Source of the DNA: Trichinella spiralis
Lineage: Eukaryota
NCBI RefSeq assembly: GCF_000181795.1
Contig: NW_003526943.1
Coordinates: 312,487-376,486, forward strand
Direction of reading: 5' to 3'
Length of the DNA: 64,000 bases
Each line of letters starts with the position of its first letter. Within the stretch, counting starts at the first letter, position 1. The notes below the pieces were generated by a model. That model was not told where the DNA came from and did no database searches. It worked only from the letters and a program-made list of their open reading frames with translations. Below, one piece after another: positions 24,340 through 36,590 of this stretch. The position numbers and the translations under genes were made by a program.

Positions 24340-26696
24340 GTACTAAAATACAAGCAGACATTTTCAAATTAAATGTAAGAATCACATGACATTTATTATA
24401 CGCTTTAAATTTTAAAATTACTGTTCAATTAAATCACAACACTGATGTACTTTAAAGTAAGAAAAGTTTTCACCAGAAAAACCATTATCAACATGCACTA
24501 AATCGAAATAAAGAAATCCGATAAAAATAATAAAACAATAAAACCTGAATTTGAAAAATGATGAAACAAGCACTAAACATCTCTCTTCATCAACAATGCA
24601 TCCTACAAAAGATAATTCAAAACAAGTTTTATTTTTCATAACATAACTTTTATATTTCAAAGAAATTAGTTTTTTATAAATCATCAAATACAAAAAAATT
24701 TATTCACAGTCAACAGAATTACGCATTATTATTCAGTATGCTCAACAAATAGATAACTTAAAATACAAAAGAAGATTTAGATAAAATAGAAATTAAACGT
24801 ACAGAAGCCTGAAAGTGGAGAGTGACAAAAATACTAAATAATAATAAAGATTTTAAATAAGCAATAAATATTTAAATACTAAAGCATACCAAAAAATTAT
24901 AAAATCACAAAATTCTTATCTGCCCATATTATAAGTAAACTAAAACAACAGACAATTTCCTAAACAATAAAGAAACAATTGGTTTAGAACAAAGACAATT
25001 CAGATTTAGTCAACCGAAATACCATAAAATGACTTTCAGGTTTAAATAACTCGAATTCTTATCAAATAATGTTTAATTAAAATTTGTAACAGATAACATA
25101 AATAAAAGTTAGTTTTCATTATTATATAAGGAATTTTAGCATATTAACTTTTTATTTGGCAACGTTACATTACTTCAGGTTACTGAAAAATGCTTATTAC
25201 TGTATTTGTCTTGAACAACATGTTATTACAATACGTACAATATGCATTGTAATATTATTTATTTTGAAATAGAATTATAATAAAAAGCAGTTAATGCCAA
25301 ATTGATTACATCTATTAAAAATTCCATATACAACTGTTCTTTGATGCCTATGTTTTACATACAGCTTTTATATTTTATATATAACTATTTTGCTAGATTA
25401 AATAAAATGTATTTGTATATAATAAAAATTTATTTAACAAAACTTTAAAATAAATTTATTTTATGATGTTCTGAATTAAGTGATATCTAATTTAATGCAC
25501 AGATATTTCAAAATTTGAATATGATAATACCTGCATAACCTTATTTTAGTTGGAGTGACGTACGGTATAGCATAATTTCCGGTTTTAAGCATTTGCGTAT
25601 TTTTTTTCAGTCTGGCAGTGTGAAGTTGTGAAATTTTTCTTGTAATAGATTTATTTAGTAAGGTATGAATTTTAGATTTTTGATTTAATTATATGGATGT
25701 ATGATTTACTATTATGATCGTAAGTTAAACAGCTTGTTTTTAATCTGTCATATGTTCAACCATGCTTCAATATAGACATGCTTTCCAGTGAAGTTAAACT
25801 ATATTTTTTCTTCTTTGTTGCATTATTAGTTTGTTCTGTCGTTCTGAAAGCATATTATTTGAATTTATAATTGTAAATAATATAGAATTTGATATAACGT
25901 TTTATTTACATTTAAAGTATATGTTAGATTGAACTCGATATTTATTCATAATTTTTTAATGTCTTTTATTTTATTTTGATTTGAAACATTAATTTTAAAT
26001 GAAAAGCTTTGTTTTTATATTATTATATATAAATTTATTGTGTATTTTGCATGTATATTTATGCTTGTTATTGTATATAATAACGATAGATAAATGAGGG
26101 GAAATTAGTGTTTGTCATTTTTTTTATTGTTTCTTAAATAATAAACACGATTTGTGTTTAAAGTAAACTTATATAGTTTTGCGTTATTTTTATGTAAGTT
26201 TCAATAATTTACGAAAGAAGGATGTACGTTAAATTATGATTTAATTTAAAGATGACATCATTTCAACATAGATTATTGAATTTTTGCCGACAATTTTAGT
26301 TTATTCAGGTGCACATATATTATTGATGATTGTTCATTGTAAGAATATGCTTATTTAATATTATTTATCTTTCTTTTACTACGAGTGGACATCTACAAGT
26401 AAATTTTAATCGGTTAATCTTGCAGGCAGTCAACTTTGACATACTTGTTGTTGAATTATTTAATTAAGCTCATTTCCTTAATATTTTGAATTTGAATTTT
26501 AATAATCTTCATTCGATTGTAGTGCAGTTTTTATTTATCACTTGTATGAAGAATGTTAGAACATGAAATATGATATAAATAAAAATGTTTTATTATACAC
26601 ATGTGTATGTAACGGAAATGATGTTTCTTATTTTAGCACAACTGTGAATTTGATTAAAGCAACTTTGGATTGAATCTGTGAATGCAGTATTGTTGA

Positions 26697-29600
26697 ATGG
26701 AGTCTGAATTGGACATTTTTGAAAAGTATAAATTTATTGGTTCGTCGAGCTACAGTAATCTTGCTAATAAGGTACGAGAAAATGGTGAATTGAACGCTAA
26801 TGAAGCGAAACAAATGACTATGGTTGCTGAAAGTCCCGTTGTATCAGATTTTTCTGTACCATCTGAAACAAACACACCGTCGAAAAGCAATGCTTTACTA
26901 TGTAAGTTTGAAACATGTAAAAGATTTAATTTTAGATGTGCAATTTTATGGAATATATTTTTTATGCTGTTATTTAATACAATTTGAAATATTTAATTTA
27001 GCCGATAGCATTAATCGTTGGAAAGAACCCGCTTCTAGCAGTTCCAAGTAAGTTTTTGTTCTGGAGGGGTTTATTTGATTGTTTTTTTAATTTGCATTAT
27101 TATAACTTTTGCAAGGTTGGATTTGGAAGATGACTACAGTGATGATGATTCACTTTCTGACGTATCTTCGTCAGATCATCCGTCAACGACAAAAAAGCCG
27201 AAGTTATCTGCTGATGAAGAACTCTCTAATTTGGAAGTGTCTGACAACGAGGAAGAAATAGATGATCAATCTGATATTAGCGAGTACAAGCCATCGTCTG
27301 AAAGTGAAGAAGAACAATGGTTGAGTAAGAAAAAAGCAAAACGACTGGCAGGTATGAGATTATTAAAACTGTTCATTTTTATTGGTTGGTTAATTTCAAA
27401 TGGTTGTGTCGATTTCTTTATTTTTTAAGCTGAACGTCGACGACATCAAATTGCTAAAGAATTGCAAGCAGAAACAAAAATGATCATGAAGCAAAATTCC
27501 AATGCTAAACAAGTGTACAGTTTTACAAAGGCTCAAAGCAGTTTTGATATGTTGCGAAAACTGCGCAAAGAAAGAAAACACCAGCAAAGAAAACAAATGC
27601 GACGAGCGTTTTTAGCAGAGGAACTTTTGTCTGAAAAAGAAGGAGATGAGGAGGAAAATCATATTAATGACGAAGATGTTAAATCAAAAAGTGATAGTCC
27701 AGTTGAAAGTGTTGCTCAAAAACCGGCCAAAGAAGCTCCGCTTACTGTAAAGCAGTTTTTCAAGAGGCGTTTTGTTCTCAGTTCAGATGAAGAAGAAACT
27801 GACGATGCTGTCGCTTGTACCACCAGCTCCGCTGTAAAGGAGGAACCCGTCTTGGTGGAGGAACAACAAGCTAAGCATCTTCGGAGAGTGGTTTACCGTT
27901 CCGATGAAGGGGAGGACAGTGATGCTTCGAAGCAGGATTCATATTCATCTTCGACGAAAGATGAAAATTATTCTGATGACAGTGCTTCTGGCAGTGATAA
28001 CGATGTGGATGAAGCCGTCAAGATGGATGTTGATACCGATGCCAAATTGCAATTCAAAAAGCCGATAGTATTGAAACGACGTGATATGGAGGTGATAATT
28101 TTAATCCCAGTTATTCAATTATTAAAAGAAAACTGACTTATTTTTATTTTTTCATTAGGCGAAATGTTTGGAGTTTTTCCGTTCTGCCGACCCGTCTCAG
28201 CTAGCTGCTTTACCACGTTGTTCGGAACGAATGGCAAACGCAATTGTTGAACTTCGTCCATTTGAATCTTATGATGATATGGTTGGTTTGATGAAATTTT
28301 TTTTAAATTTTATTCTAATTTATAAAAGGAAAATTATTCCTCTTTTTTGAGATTGAAAAATTTGAAAACGCAAAAGGATTTTCCACCAACTTGTGCATTG
28401 CCTACATTGACTCGTTGGTATCTCAGAATCGGTTGGATTTTTTGTTGTACAAATGTCACACTGTATCGTCGAAATTGGAAATGGAAGTGGAATTGATGAT
28501 GAAAACCGACAACGGTTTGGTGAAGCAGCCGAATTTAATTGCACACGAGTGAGCAATTTAGTTGAGGGGGGAATGGTATATATTATTTTTTTGTACATAT
28601 ATTTTTTTTCTCTCTTCCAGTTTAGAACTGAAACCGTATCAACTTGTCGGATTGAATTGGCTCAGTTTGATTTACCGGCAAAATTTGGGTGGCATTTTAG
28701 CCGACGAAATGGTCCATTTTATTTTTGAAATTTTATCATCTGAATTGAAAATTAATTCCATTTTCTTCAGGGCTTGGGAAAAACTATACAAGTAATAGCA
28801 TTTTTGGCTTATTTGAAAGAGAACAATTTCGGCGGTCCTGTCTTCATTATTGTACCATCATCTACTTTGGGTAGATTTTTACAAAATTCCAATTTTTTGA
28901 ACTCATTTTCAAATTTGAATTATTTCTTTTTCTTGTTCTAGACAACTGGCTGAGAGAAATTCAAAAATGGTGTCCTTCACTGAAATTGTTAACTTATTAC
29001 GGAAGTCAATCCGACCGAGCTTGGATCAGACGACAGTATTATAATAAGCATGTCGAAGCAGACGTTATTTTGACAACGTTAGTCTTTTTTTTGCAATTCT
29101 TACAATTAGAATTTCACTTGTAATTGTTGTATAGTTACACTTCGATCTCATCTAATGCGGAAGATCGGCATTTCATGAAACGTATACTGGCGGATGTTGC
29201 CATTTTTGACGAAGCGCATATGTTGAAAAATTACCGAACCCACAGATACAAGCAACTGATGTCGATTAAAGTGTGCAAATTTTGTTTTTTATTTTTAAAT
29301 TCAACTCTGTTTATTAAAGAATATTAATTTATGTTTTTTTCTTAGACAAAGCACAGAATTCTGCTGACGGGCACGCCTTTGCAAAACAGTCTGATTGAGT
29401 TGATATCGTTGCTGTACTTTATTATGCCGAAGATATTCAGAAAGCTCAAAATTTGCTTGGACGATTTATCAAGCTTGTTTCAACTGGTAAATTTATACGA
29501 AAAAATAGATCATTTTCTTGCTAGATGGATTATTTATTATTTGTTCATTTAGAAAAATATTTCTTCCCCAGAAGGAGAACAATGTCGAATTGAACAAGCG

Positions 29601-31040
29601 AAAAGAATCGTATCACCATTTACACTTAGACGATTGAAATCGGATGTTTGTTATTGCTTTAATTTGAAATTATTAATAATAATAATTATTATTATTGTTT
29701 TCAACGGCAGGTTTTGCATCAGTTGCCTGAGAAGCATGAAAAATTGCAGTTTTGTGAATTGACCAATTTGCAGCGTGAAATTTACAGTGAAATTGTGGCC
29801 GAATGTACGGAAATTTTGAAATCTCGTCAAGAGAATTGTTCGGACGCACCATCATCATCATCAGGGCGGTTGACATCGATGATCATGAAGCTTCGTAAAG
29901 CTGCTAATCATCCGCTGTTGTTGAGATGGCATTACAAGGAGAAAAAATTGAATAAAATTGCCAAAGTGGTGGCCAAAGTATGAATTTATTATGCAACACA
30001 ATTGCGTTCGATTTTAATTTATTTCACTTTTGTTTTTTGAGGAAAAAGTTTACAAGAAATTTCAGTTGTCTGAAGTAGTGGAGGATTTGATGCTCAAATC
30101 TGATTTTGAAATTCACAAATTATGCTGCCAGCACAAAGTAAATTTTTACAAAAAAAAGCAAAACAAAATAATGTGGTTTAATGTTGTTTAAGAAATTGAA
30201 TCGTTTGAAGTTATCGGACAGTGCTATCAACGACTCTGGCAAGTTGATTGCTCTTGATGGCATTTTGGCCGAAGCCAAGCAACAGGTAATTAATAAACAG
30301 GTTAATTAAAATGTGAAAAATTCGAATTTTATTTGTTTAAGGGAAACAAGGTGCTTCTGTTTAGTCAGTTTGTTATTGTTCTTGATGTTCTTGAAGAATT
30401 TTTAAATCTGAAACAGATCCGCTATTTACGTTTGGATGGTCAAACGCCGGTTGTTGAAAGGTGCCCAAACTGAACATTCAAATATATATGTGATAAAAAG
30501 AGAAAAAAACATTATTCTCTATCTACATTTTTTTTCAGACAACAATTGATTGATATGTTCAATTCATCTGAAGATATATTCATTTTCTTGCTTTCTACTC
30601 GTGCCGGAGGTTTGGGCATCAACCTCACCTCGGCCAACGTTATAGTGCTTTATGATATTGATTACAATCCACACAACGATCGTCAGGCTGAGGATCGTTG
30701 TCATCGAGTTGGACAGAAAAAGTTAGCAGTTTGTTTTTAAATTTCATTTCCACATTTATGCACGCACTTCAAATGATCCTACATTTCAGAGATGTTCATG
30801 TGATTAAGCTGATTTCAAAGGATACCGTTGATGAAAGCATGTTAGCTTGTGCGAATAAAAAATTGGAATTAGAACGACAAATAACTACTGCCGACAGTGC
30901 AGGTGAGCTTTCTCGCAACTGGACAATGCACACCTATATATAAAATGTAGTATCAATCATTATTATATCATTATGTTTTCAATTTTAGGATCCGAATACA
31001 TTCAAGATATTATTCTACAGCAGTTGTTATCATCTCAGTG
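26697..31040 (+). CDS. SMARCAD1/Fun30/Etl1 SNF2-family chromatin remodeller, many short introns
   Basis: Acidic N-terminus, [84 protein letters not shown] and [19 protein letters not shown] (typical of SMARCAD1). Stop TGA at 31038-31040. Confidence 0.9.
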
Positions 31041-31120
31041 ATTATTTTTTTTAAATTCATCTTGTTTTACCATAGATTTTTTTAATGTAAATAACTGTTT
31101 TCACCAAATGTGTTATCATA

Positions 31121-32939
31121 TTAAACTTCCAGATTTGCCTTCTGGTTTGCCGGCAGTGCGCATCTGCATAAACGTGCCACCAGAGCGGATAGTTGTAACA
31201 GAGAGCCTCTTCCCTGCGCAGCGCGCATATGGGTTAGACCAATTTCCTGGAAAATAAAAAATTTACAACATACATCAATTTATGAAGAACAAACAATTTG
31301 TCACCAACTTTGAGAAAACTTATTTTCAACGCTACTGGCAAACTGTGCGACTTGCAAACACGATATATAGTGCCGACAATATCCTCAGCTGAATAGCCAA
31401 GCGTCCATAAATGGTTTATAACTTCGTGCGCTTCGTGCTGGTCTGCTCGGCTGCAATGATCCAACATGTCTTTTACGACGAGAGGATGAGGTTCATCGCA
31501 GATCTGCATATTTAGTTAAATACGCACAAATTTACAGAAGAAAAACCACAATCACGTAATGTGCAAGTGAAATTTACTTTGAAAACATTCTCCGAGTTTA
31601 CAAATCCAGAACCAGCAACGCAAGACTGTAAATTGTTTAGAGCCTAAAAAATTAAAATTTAAATAATGTTTCACAAAAAGAGAAAAACTATGCTTAAATA
31701 GAAGTACAATTCTCATGTCACCCCGAGCAGTGAAAACAAGATCTTCAAGACCATCCTTTGTATAATTCACATTTTCCATACGGCAAACTGTCAAAATTCG
31801 AGCCAAAATTTGCGCATTTAGCAAATATGTGAAACGAATTATTGCACAACGAGACTGGATCGGTTCTTAATTAAAATGGAAAAATTAATTTCTTTTCATT
31901 TCGTTTTCCATTAAAAATTGTTCATAAAATGCTTTAAAATGTAATTTCAAATTAGTAACATTTTAAAATGCAAACAGTATTCAAATACCAATAATTTTAT
32001 CTGACTCATTGCAGGCAAAAACGAATCGAGTAGTTTTGCTGTAAATTTCCATAGTTCGCCTCAAAGCTTGCTGTGCTCCATCTGTCATACTGTCTGCTTC
32101 GTCTAAGATGACAATTTTCTGCTTTCCAGCGGGAAGAGTCACTCTTTGTTGAGCAAACATTTTCACTTTGTTTCGAATAACATCAATACCCCTTAAAATA
32201 AATAATTTTAACAGCATTTTAATGCTCAACATAATTAATTGATTTATAGACGAATAACAAAAATGAAAGTTTAACAAAATAAAATAGAAACTCAAGCACA
32301 ACCTTCATTACTGTACCATCGCTTAGCTTTACTATTCAAAATTCATCAATACAGAAAAGTACGCACACAGTTATTGTAAGTAGAATAAAGTTCATATGAT
32401 AAATTTACATAAAAAATAAAATAAGAATGCTAAAACTGAAAAGAAATTACCAGTAAATCACCTAATAAACAAACATGTACATGTGCATGAATTCAAAAAT
32501 CAAGAACATAATTTTTCTAAGCGTTTGATCTAAGCGATGCATGAGTAAGATAAGAAAGTTTTAGAGTGGTAGCATAAACCTCACCTATCATTAGAAGCGT
32601 TGAGCTCTAAAACAGCATTTCCAAAAGCAGATCCAAGCATTTCTCGTGCCAAGCAAAGAATACTTGTTGTTTTGCCAGTACCGGGGGGACCCTACAACGC
32701 AGAAAATCAGATATTATTTTTAATCAAATATCAAATTTTTTAATACCGAAATTATCAAATTTGGTACATTTCCTTGTCTGGCGAAAACTTTCAGTCTTTC
32801 CACAGCTTCTTCATTACCAACCACATCGTCCAACACAGTGGGGCGGTATTTTTCAATCCTTAAAATCGCATCGAAACAAAAGACTTATCATGTGTGAATG
32901 TTTATTTAACGCTCACCAAGGTGTATCGTAATTAACCAT
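31121..32939 (-). CDS. rfc-2: Replication factor C subunit 2 (RFC40), multi-exon
   Basis: [97 protein letters not shown]. Confidence 0.96.
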
Positions 32940-33240
32940 TGCCAATCATACAAATAGTCAAAACTAAAAATGCATCTACTTTACTTTGATTTATACAGTA
33001 TATTAGTATGAATAAATTACTGTGTATTCGAACATGATCATCACTTATAATTACTTTACTGATAGAGTAAGTAAATTCAATTTTTTATCCTATAAAAAAT
33101 TCAAAAAAGCATTGCTTTATTTTATATCATACTGGTTTCAGTTGTATTTCAGATCGTTCAACTGATAATTGTGAATAATTTGTTCTATTTTGAAATGTAT
33201 TTAATTTAAATTTAATTTAATTGCATTGCTTTAGTTACGC

Positions 33241-33849
33241 ATGGCAGATGAATTGGAGGACGATCAGCAAGATGATAGAAAGATTGATAAGATAGATTTT
33301 ATCCATCATCAGTATCAGAAATTTATGCTTGCATATCGATCACTTATGAGTGAAACGGAACAGTGTGAAATGCAAGCTGGTTTCAATGCTGGTTTTGATT
33401 CAGGTTGTGCCACTTTTCGGAAATTGGGAAAAGCGAAAGGTACTGTACATGCTCTTCGTGAAAGTTCCATTGGAAAAGATAAAATAAATCAGCTCGATGA
33501 ATTTTCCAATCGCATTCAGAATTGTGAAGACGAAATTATAAAGTGGATCTCTTTGAAGTTGTCTGAAGTTGACATTGCTGAACAGAATTCTTCAGAATAC
33601 GATTACAAAGCGTCTCTTCCACTTTTTGATCAAGATGATATGGACCTTTTTGGTTTAGAAATAACAGAGACTGTTAGCAATTCTGGCACTGAAAACGATG
33701 CATTTGATGGAAAAAATGCGATCTGTGAATCTTCTGTTTGTTTAAAAATCCAAGAACTGAACTTGCTAGTCGATTCTATACTAAATGATTTATGTGACTT
33801 TCTTAAATCATGTGATATTTCATATTCGTTTCTTATCAATGAGTATTAA
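33241..33849 (+). CDS. YAE1-like protein (Yae1_N Gx3-repeat motif), single exon
   Basis: 202-aa ORF with acidic N-terminus followed by MQAGFNAGFDSG...LGKAKG, resembling the QxGFNxGY..G...G...G motif of Yae1/Lto1 adaptors. The first half of the Gx3 motif is degenerate. Confidence 0.55.
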   Translation: MADELEDDQQDDRKIDKIDFIHHQYQKFMLAYRSLMSETEQCEMQAGFNAGFDSGCATFRKLGKAKGTVHALRESSIGKDKINQLDEFSNRIQNCEDEIIKWISLKLSEVDIAEQNSSEYDYKASLPLFDQDDMDLFGLEITETVSNSGTENDAFDGKNAICESSVCLKIQELNLLVDSILNDLCDFLKSCDISYSFLINEY

Positions 33850-34529
33850 ATTTTCTGCTATATATGTAATACTTTAAATTTCTCACTGAGTAAATTAGCA
33901 AGCATTTTTTATCTTTATTTACAATAATATAACTTTCAGTTACACGGAATTATATATTTGAATATAATGTTGAATATCAATAATGAATTGTTTATTTACT
34001 TTGCTTATTGATTTTTCAGTTTATGGTTCATATCGTTTTATATGCTTTAAAAATCTTTATGTATACAAATCTTGCTGAATTTTCCACGGTAATTTACATT
34101 ACTTTTATATTTGTAATTTCAAAATGTGTAATATATTAATTAATTATTTGATATAAGTTACAATAAATTTAATGGAAAACATTTATCTTGACAATGCGCA
34201 TGAAAATGTCTTTCAATGATTTATAAATGAACGGCAAATTCATAAAGCAAACTTGAGTATTATTAACAGAAACAATTGAAAAGAATTTTATGTTGCACAT
34301 GTCAACTTTATTTCCTGAAAGATAACTTGGAATTTGATTTCATTATTATATTATATGCATAATGAATAAAATGTTGTAAAGCTAATCATTCATCCAAAAT
34401 TTGATCAATATAAACACAGTAATTACGCAACATTAAAATAACCATTGAAAATTACGCAGTTTAGTTATTTACTTTATTACATATTATTACTGTAGTCTTA
34501 TTACTTTAATTTAACTTAGGTAAATTTAA

Positions 34530-36590
34530 ATGGATGTTTTTCGTTGTGCAATAATTTTTATTCTTTCTATTTCTGATGCGACATTTACTAGTTACGCAGC
34601 TGGCGAAGTCATCGACGCAATCAATGCAGGTAAAAAATAGCTAAATAATGTTCAGATATAAATTTGGGAAAATGGAATATAACATCAGAATTGAAATTGT
34701 CTTTATTATTGATAAGAAAATTTTAATTAGAACAGATTTTATCTAATTTATAAATATTTATATTTTTTTAAAGTTTACCATTCAAGTGAGCAGAAGGTAA
34801 CTAATTGGTGTTATAATTATTAATTAGAAGTGTTTTTTTCTGATTGTTATGTTTCAGTATGTGGAATTTAAATATGAAAATTTTCAAGTGAAGCTTTTTT
34901 GTCTTGCATTGAATATTGAAAATAACATATTTTAATCTTCTGAAGTTATTTTGGTGATAGTATGAATTAAATTTGGTTAATTCTAATTAGTGTTGTTTAA
35001 GTTTTATTTCCTTAATTTACACCCAAAATGGTTTGCTGTAAATTTTGTTGCACATTTTATACAGTAAACTATGTTTAAATAGCATTTCCAGTTGAATCGA
35101 AAAGCTCGTAAGCAAAACATTAAATACATTAATTAATTTAGGCAAAATGTTAGATTTCATTCATTGATAATAAGCTAGTATCATGAGGAGTGGGTACACG
35201 ATTGATGATAAAAATTTAAATAGAATTATTTACGTAGAGATGAATAAGAAAAATTGGTTTGAATTGTTATAAAATGAAGCTTTCCAAATTTGTAGGTGGT
35301 CGTGCACATATAGACGACTTCGGAGTGCATTATCGAGAAGATCCTCTAGAGGGCGTTATAGGAATATCGTCTGATTATGGAAAGCGGTTTATAATTGAAC
35401 GGGTTTCACCCAGCGATCAGATTTTATACCAGACTGAACGGTATCATACGAAAAGTTTTGAATATGAAATAACAATTCCAGAAGAAGGTGATTATGTTTT
35501 GGTTTTGAAGTTCAGCGAGGTGTACTTCAACGCTCCTGGTCAAAAGGTTTGAATTTTCAGCCGCCCTGAAAACTGTTTAATTACCTGCTATTTTTGGTAG
35601 AATTCTAATCTTTAGACACAGTGCTAATTCACTTATTCTAATTATAACACCTAGTGAATAACGAACACACTGTATCTGATTTTGCATATAGCAGCAGTCG
35701 ATTGATTTAAAATCAATTTAGCATAGTTTGCAATTAGTCATATGCATATGCGGGAATGGAAATTTTATTGCATTTTATTTTTAACGTGTGATATTTTAAT
35801 AAAATTTGACAAGTCTTTAATTTAATGCAGAAATGTTGTTTTATTTTAGGTTTTCGATGTAGCTTTGAATGATAAAGTTGTAATAAAACATTTGGATATA
35901 TTTTCTCTTGTTGGACATGGAGTTGCGCATGACGAATATGTGCCGTTCAGAGTGCAAAATAGCATGCTTTATCTGAAGAGCTCTAGCATCCATTTCAACG
36001 GAAAATTAAAAGTTCGCTTTATTCATGTAAGAATAAATATATTACACCATGTTTTATTTTAGCAACCTAAAACTTGTCTTTGCATAAAAATTATTATGAT
36101 GTTGGTTAAAATTTATTTGATAAATTTTTAAAGTGATAATATCCAAATATCCTAATGTTTTTCAGTAAAATTTTGAAAATTTTTACTTTAAATCAGATTT
36201 TTCATTAAGATTGGGATAGACAATCCGAAAGTGAATGCACTGTATGTTTTGCGAGGAACTGTAGAAGGTGAGTGAAATTGTGTGTGAAGCAAATCTTTGG
36301 CATAATTTATTTGTTTCCTCACTTTGTTTCTGCTTATGTTCTTCCTTTCAGACGTACCACGTTTAAATGATGCGGATATCTCTGTAGAAAAACGAAGCGA
36401 TAGTATAGAAACCGTTATAGAGGAAGTGGATCATTTTTCTGATGACACTTTGGGAAGTAGCGAAAAATATGCCAGCGGTCCAAAGTTACAGGATCCTTAT
36501 GCACAACAAGATCAGAGTCAGTATTTATTGCCATTTTTAGTCATTCTCGCCTGTTTCTTTCCAATATTATATTGTCTTTGCCAAATGTAA
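34530..36590 (+). CDS. Malectin (ER Glc2-N-glycan lectin), 5 exons
   Basis: Exon 1 (34530-34629) encodes a signal peptide and VIDAINAG. Then [62 protein letters not shown] and a C-terminal TM helix ending LCQM*. Confidence 0.95.
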
